In this document: positions 37,972 to 42,654 of the stretch, piece after piece
How positions within the stretch are numbered: position 1 is the first letter of the stretch
How the letters are laid out: each line of letters begins with the position of its first letter
DNA from: a virus
Taxonomy: Duplodnaviria > Caudoviricetes
IMG/VR virus record: IMGVR_UViG_3300035661_000128
Location: 1 to 42,654 of that record
DNA: 42,654 nt
Direction: 5' to 3' (one strand)
Notes under the pieces: generated by a model
Database searches by the model: none
What the model was told of the DNA's origin: nothing
Seen by the model: only the letters and a program-made list of their open reading frames with translations
Position numbers and translations under genes: made by a program

Positions 37972-38532
37972 ATTACAATTGTCCTAAAACGCGTCCAATT
38001 TTATTTTTGAGAAAATGCTGTTTTTCAAAAATTGGACGTAAATAGTTTTAGGATAATCTAGCTTTTTTTTAGGTTTGTCCTAATGTCCTGTTTTTTTCCC
38101 CAAAATACACATGTGTATATTTTTTGTGTGTGTTTTGGAAAAGTGGATTTTTGGATATTTTATGTATAAATATAATTTACGCTTATTTCACCAGTAGATA
38201 CTACAACTTCTTCATATATACTATATATATATATATTATATAATTTATATTTAATATATATATATATATAAGAAGGTCGTAAAAAGAACACACATAAAAT
38301 TCTTATATAAAATAATTGAGCGCATCATTTTGGTGCATGTAAGAGATATCAAAAAATCCACTTTTCCAAAACACACATAAAAAATATACACATGTGTATT
38401 TTGGGGGAAAAAACAGGACATTAGGACAAACCTAAAAAAAAGCTAGATTATCCTAAAACTATTTACGTCCAATTTTTGAAAAACAGCATTTTCTCAAAAA
38501 TAAAATTGGACGCGTTTTAGGACAATTGTAAT
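37972..38532. repeat. long inverted repeat (187 bp arms) with AT-rich (TA)n core
   Basis: 37972-38158 is the reverse complement of 38346-38532 (3 mismatches by eye); spacer contains (TA)n tracts. Confidence 0.95.
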
Positions 38533-38594
38533 TTGATGACTGATGAGTATCAGGGTTTACCCTTAGATTTTTACCCGGTCAGTCACTTAGAAAT

Positions 38595-38617
38595 TAAAAA
38601 AGGCACCGAAGTGCCTT
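38595..38617 (-). terminator. Rho-independent terminator for - strand genes
   Basis: A run + GGCAC-CGAA-GTGCC (UUCG loop on the - strand). Confidence 0.8.
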
Positions 38618-38673
38618 CCTGAGTCCAAACCTAGTATGCACCAAGATAGTGCATAAAGGCTCTAGGTTCGAAC

Positions 38674-40284
38674 TTAGTCCAACTTGGTTTTTTCTGTCAT
38701 GACCCCTACCAAGAATTCTTCTGCTTGCTCTGCGGTCATGATGGTTTCTGGTAAGAGCTTGGTTTCTTCCACAGAAACGCCGGTCACGAACTCCGTTGCT
38801 TGACCGGCTACCCTTTCAACTTCCGGCGTGAGCTTGGTTTCGAACTTGGTTTTGTGGAATACATTCACGGCCCTGATGCCCATGATCCCTTCAAAAACTT
38901 GAGACTGAGAATCCCGCGCATATGACAGTAAGTTTTCGAAGTAATGGCTCATCACATTATAGTCTTCTATGTTGTCACGGGGTAGGGATCTTTGCAACGT
39001 GTAGTTTCCTACATAGAAGGAAGACCATGAAGCACTCAGTTTCACCCAAGCATTTATATCTTCCGTGGAAGGGAGTTTGGACCCAACCTCGAACATCTCG
39101 TTTTCCAACTGAGCTTCAGCCGAACGTATCACGTTGTTGATAGTCACCGTTCCGTGAAGAGCTTTTTCCACCGGCAAGTGAGTCAGTAGGTGACCATACA
39201 TGGCCGACAACAAGTTCTTACCAAGCATGATCTGTTGAGGCCAGGCTTTACCCTCCAGTTCCCAGTGACCACCATTTATCTGACGGAGACTGAGTCCGTC
39301 AGCCGGAATATGAATTACACCAGACCCGGTGAAGTTCAGCTCCGGGTAGGTGCCAGTCAGGAAGTCATGATGGCCTTCATGGCCCGGCTTGGCCATTTCC
39401 AGCAGCCTTGCCAAAGCCTGGTTTGCACCAAACTTGCGGCTATATAGATCCGTCATGTTGCAGACTGAAACCCCCATCAGAACTTCGATCATTTCCTTGC
39501 CTTCGTGCTGGATGGGACGCAGCTCATAGCAAAGACAGATACCGCCCTTGCTACTGAATTCATGCTGACCATCCAACTTCTGGAAGTCGATCAAGGAAGG
39601 GGGAGCCTTGTACTTGAACAGATCCCGGGGGAAGATCTTGGAATCATGCTCGATGCGGAAATGCGTGAAATGGAATCGTCGGTGGTCGATACCAGCCGGC
39701 AGTCCCTCGGCAGGCTTGATGTGAGCCCGACGAGCCTGTTTCGCAGCTGGTATTTTCTTGGCCAGCTCTTCGTCGTAGAAACCTTCCGTGACTAAACTGA
39801 AATCGGACAAAAGGAAGTCGTAAACTTCTTTTTGGTTTGCATCAAAAGGTTTCCCCTTCAGACGATAGACTTCACCATCGACATCGATGGCTTTGGAATC
39901 GTTGTTGGATGCCTTTCTTGAATGATTGGTGAAAGAAACGAGCGAATCTGAGACGAGGAGGCCCAGTACCTTATTGAGTCCAGTCAGGTTGCAACCGCGG
40001 GAAACATGGTACGTGATGAACCAGTCTTCGATTTCAAGTTCCCCAGCTGGGTTTCTGGCTTCAGCCATCTGTTCTTCGGTGAACCAGTCTTCGATTTCAA
40101 GTTCCCCAGCTGGGTTTCTGGCTTCAGCCATCTGTTCTTTGGTGAACCAGTCTTCGATTTCAAGTTCCCCAGCTGGGTTTCTGGCTTCAGCCATCTGTTC
40201 TTTGGTGAACTTGACCTGAGTTTCGATATTGAGGTTTGGGGTACCGGATTGGACCTCCGGGGCCGGGTTTTGATTGTCAGACAT
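38674..40284 (-). CDS. hypothetical protein with three 21-aa tandem repeats
   Basis: 536 aa; (FT[K/E]EQMAEARNPAGELEIEDW)x3. Confidence 0.75.
   Translation of the reverse strand: MSDNQNPAPEVQSGTPNLNIETQVKFTKEQMAEARNPAGELEIEDWFTKEQMAEARNPAGELEIEDWFTEEQMAEARNPAGELEIEDWFITYHVSRGCNLTGLNKVLGLLVSDSLVSFTNHSRKASNNDSKAIDVDGEVYRLKGKPFDANQKEVYDFLLSDFSLVTEGFYDEELAKKIPAAKQARRAHIKPAEGLPAGIDHRRFHFTHFRIEHDSKIFPRDLFKYKAPPSLIDFQKLDGQHEFSSKGGICLCYELRPIQHEGKEMIEVLMGVSVCNMTDLYSRKFGANQALARLLEMAKPGHEGHHDFLTGTYPELNFTGSGVIHIPADGLSLRQINGGHWELEGKAWPQQIMLGKNLLSAMYGHLLTHLPVEKALHGTVTINNVIRSAEAQLENEMFEVGSKLPSTEDINAWVKLSASWSSFYVGNYTLQRSLPRDNIEDYNVMSHYFENLLSYARDSQSQVFEGIMGIRAVNVFHKTKFETKLTPEVERVAGQATEFVTGVSVEETKLLPETIMTAEQAEEFLVGVMTEKTKLD
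40017..40210. repeat. 63 bp tandem repeat x3
   Basis: Units begin at 40018, 40081 and 40144; one substitution seen among them. Confidence 0.95.
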
Positions 40285-41374
40285 GAAATGTTTCCTTGCT
40301 TGAATGTTCAGTAATAAAGTAGTAGGACGTCATCAGTTTTGATATGAGTCCACGAACACCTGCCGTGAGATTTTCAAACTCCAACCCGTTTGCTTTTTCC
40401 TCCGAGAGAACTTTGTCTCTCATTAAAGCTACCTCTTCATCGAGGCATTTCAGTAGCAACCTTGTTTCGCCTGTATCCGCTTGACCAGACTTGACTTTCA
40501 ACAAAAATTCTCGTTGGTCTTTGCTCAGGGGATAAGTCCAAACCCCTTTATCCATGAAGTCCAAGCATTGCCAATAAACTCGGATAGCATGGCTCAACGA
40601 AGACCAGTCTATTTTTTCTTCACCAGCTTTCTTAGATCTTTCTCCAAATTCCCTTACTTGTGAATCCACGTGACCGATGAGGTCCAGTGCGTTCTTGTCA
40701 GCTTCGAAAAGCCTGCCACAAAAAGTAAGACTATGATTCTCAAAAACCTTGCAGTAGTCCAAACCCTTCAGCTTTTCGGAGTTGTCAGAAACGAACTTAC
40801 CCGTTCGTCGTATTCCAGGTAAGGACATATTCGTCACCCACCATGCTCTGAGTAATTTTTGTATGGCTTGATAGGCCTCGTACCTTTCTCCTCGCAAAAC
40901 ATAGTCAAATGTCTGCTTCTTGGCGAAACCAGACATAGACAAAATACAGGAGCGAAGGGTATGTTGCTCAAGTATTTTCACAGCATGTCCGGCAACAGGG
41001 TTTATGACGAAGTTCATATCGTCAAGATGATTTTTCAACCAGCACGCTATTTCCAGCGCATAGGTTTGACCTCGGAACACATCCAGCAAAAACGTCATAA
41101 CTGGAATGTATTCAATTTCCAAGCTCCCAGGCCCACCAGAAACTTCATCGGAAACCCTAACACCTTCTTGGGTTAACTTGACTTTTTTGCCAATCAAGTT
41201 GTCGCGGAAATACAAGGCTTCCATGGGTGGTAGGAAAACAGCCTTGTAGTCAAAGTCACTCGTCTCGGTATCCAAGCCGTACATACGACTACCATAAGGA
41301 ACTACGAGAAGGACCGTGTTCCCTAAGCTTGGATTCATGTAGCTTTTAGCTACGTCTATCGTTAAGTCATTCAT
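40277..41374 (-). CDS. DNA pol beta-superfamily nucleotidyltransferase (RlaP/YcgL-like)
   Basis: YGSRMYGLDTETSDFDYKAVFLP, FGERS, IDW..LSHAIRV, FLLKVKSG. Confidence 0.8.
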   Translation of the reverse strand: MNDLTIDVAKSYMNPSLGNTVLLVVPYGSRMYGLDTETSDFDYKAVFLPPMEALYFRDNLIGKKVKLTQEGVRVSDEVSGGPGSLEIEYIPVMTFLLDVFRGQTYALEIACWLKNHLDDMNFVINPVAGHAVKILEQHTLRSCILSMSGFAKKQTFDYVLRGERYEAYQAIQKLLRAWWVTNMSLPGIRRTGKFVSDNSEKLKGLDYCKVFENHSLTFCGRLFEADKNALDLIGHVDSQVREFGERSKKAGEEKIDWSSLSHAIRVYWQCLDFMDKGVWTYPLSKDQREFLLKVKSGQADTGETRLLLKCLDEEVALMRDKVLSEEKANGLEFENLTAGVRGLISKLMTSYYFITEHSSKETFHV

Positions 41375-41592
41375 ACCAACGTCACCCTTCTTTTGTCAGA
41401 CTTCGGAAAGAAAATCAAAGAGAAGACTGGAAAGTCAATTTCTTCGTTGACTGAAACTTTCTCATGGTTGAATAAAACACCGCCCTGTTCTATATGCCGA
41501 CGTAGTTCCCCATTAGTCATGATAGTACAGGGTTTTTCGATGGACATAGGTATGCTGGGCCTAAGTCCATTCAGAAAAAGCAAAAGGTTCAT
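41371..41592 (-). CDS. small S4-like RNA-binding protein
   Basis: TNGELRRHIEQGGVLFN resembles the S4 motif (SxSEARRLIxQGxVxxNG); ends FPK..RRVTL. Confidence 0.55.
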   Translation of the reverse strand: MNLLLFLNGLRPSIPMSIEKPCTIMTNGELRRHIEQGGVLFNHEKVSVNEEIDFPVFSLIFFPKSDKRRVTLV

Positions 41593-41629
41593 AAAAACCC
41601 GCAGGTTTTAACCGAGGAATTAATCTAGG

Positions 41630-42250
41630 CTAGGGCCTGAAGAAGCTCAATACGTCTTTCTTCAGGCTAAAGGTCGTAGCTATCAACCCCATTTCTTGAT
41701 GAAGATTTTCTAGAATTCGGTGCATGCATTTGTCTGGGTATAGATGCCACTGATTTCTCATGCAAGCTGCCGTCCAGTCTAATGCATATAATTCAAGTTT
41801 TTTTAGCATGACAAGACATATATAGTCAATACCGCGTCTTTCCAAGAAATCCCACAGTCCTTTATATAGGTCTATGTAGCTTTGACTGACTGAATCAGTT
41901 CTTTGGTCATCTACCATACAAATATACTCGTAGACTCCGACGAAGCCCCTACAATCACGAAGATTTTCGTATCCTAATGTTTTCTGCAGAAAGATAAAAT
42001 CGCCCGGCTTGCAAAAGCTAAGCATCGGACCAAAATGACCTTTCAAGTTGAACTGTGCAGTATCGACTGTACCGGTGATGTCATCCGTACGCAAACAGGG
42101 TAGTTTTTGTTTCACTAAGTGACGGACGACATGATCAAAAGCTTCCTGACGTTCCAAAATCTTTGGGGGTTTCGGTTTTAGCACATTCAGAAAATCATCA
42201 GGATTGATACCTGAAAAAACATTGACACCGCTATCATTGATCATGGACAT
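41630..42250 (-). CDS. hypothetical protein
   Basis: 206 aa ORF with AGGA RBS. Confidence 0.65.
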   Translation of the reverse strand: MSMINDSGVNVFSGINPDDFLNVLKPKPPKILERQEAFDHVVRHLVKQKLPCLRTDDITGTVDTAQFNLKGHFGPMLSFCKPGDFIFLQKTLGYENLRDCRGFVGVYEYICMVDDQRTDSVSQSYIDLYKGLWDFLERRGIDYICLVMLKKLELYALDWTAACMRNQWHLYPDKCMHRILENLHQEMGLIATTFSLKKDVLSFFRP

Positions 42251-42309
42251 TCCTGTTTTGATTATGGGCGTTTAAGCCGCTGTAGGTAGTTTAAGTCTCG
42301 CAATACTTA

Positions 42310-42339
42310 CTTATACCAAAAACTCAAAGCAGAATTGAA
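42310..42339 (-). promoter_or_regulatory. recurring phage promoter motif
   Basis: - strand TTCAAT-N18-TATAAG with TGG, just downstream of a terminator-like hairpin at about 42348-42367. Confidence 0.65.
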
Positions 42340-42375
42340 ACTAAGCTAAAAAGACCGAGTAGGTCTTCTAGGTTT

Positions 42376-42654
42376 TTAACCTTGCTCACACAGCTTCATC
42401 CACTCTTCGCTTGCTCCAGGGGATTTCATTTTCTTCAGAACTTCTAAGCAGATATCTGCTGAAAGAATGAGAAATTCGTCTACTGCTTTATTGACAATAG
42501 CAGCATCAGCAGCATCAGCAGCAGCATCAGCAGCAGCAGCAGCATCAGCAGCAGCAGCAGCATCAGCAGCAACAACAGCAGCATTAGCAGCAGCATGAGC
42601 AACAGCATCAGCAGCATCAGCAGCAGCAGCATCAGCAGCATCAGCAGCAGCATC
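42376..42654 (-). CDS. Ala/Asp-rich low-complexity phage protein (3' part; starts beyond the window)
   Basis: Not in the track; (AAD/AAAD)n then IVNKAVDEFLILSADICLEVLKKMKSPGASEEWMKLCEQG*. Confidence 0.7.
   Translation of the reverse strand, partial: DAAADAADAAAADAADAVAHAAANAAVVAADAAAAADAAAAADAAADAADAAIVNKAVDEFLILSADICLEVLKKMKSPGASEEWMKLCEQG

Noticed and set aside
38539-38590. Hammerhead ribozyme (CTGATGAG)
   Set aside because: No correctly placed GAAA or stem II/III; the bases fit a simple TGACTGA/TCAGTCA hairpin.
40017-40210. CRISPR array
   Set aside because: Contiguous repeats without unique spacers, in frame within a CDS.

Overview
AT-rich segment of a large tailed dsDNA phage, probably contractile-tailed (it carries a PAAR-like gene). 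The host is unknown; a GC-rich proteobacterium is only a guess. Positions 440-37722 are almost entirely + strand. They hold a replication and nucleotide module: Cas4/RecB-like nuclease, primase-helicase, HU, a family A DNA polymerase split over two genes and interrupted by a group I intron with a LAGLIDADG ORF, an intein-containing class II RNR, dCMP deaminase, TMK and RuvC. Accessory genes include a Hen1+Pnkp RNA-repair pair, SPFH, a TAXI-type solute-binding protein, spanins, a DHH phosphoesterase, two tRNAs and twin Ser-X repeat ORFs. A sigma-70-family gene missed by the ORF track runs off the left edge on the - strand, and a recurring promoter-like motif (TTCA(A/C)Y-N17/18-TATAAG with TGG) marks five transcription units. 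A 1.25 kb ORF-free block around tRNA(CAT) is packed with tandem stem-loop modules. A 561 bp inverted-repeat element (187 bp arms, AT-rich core) sits where + and - strand genes converge. All calls come from manual motif reading; no database searches were run.
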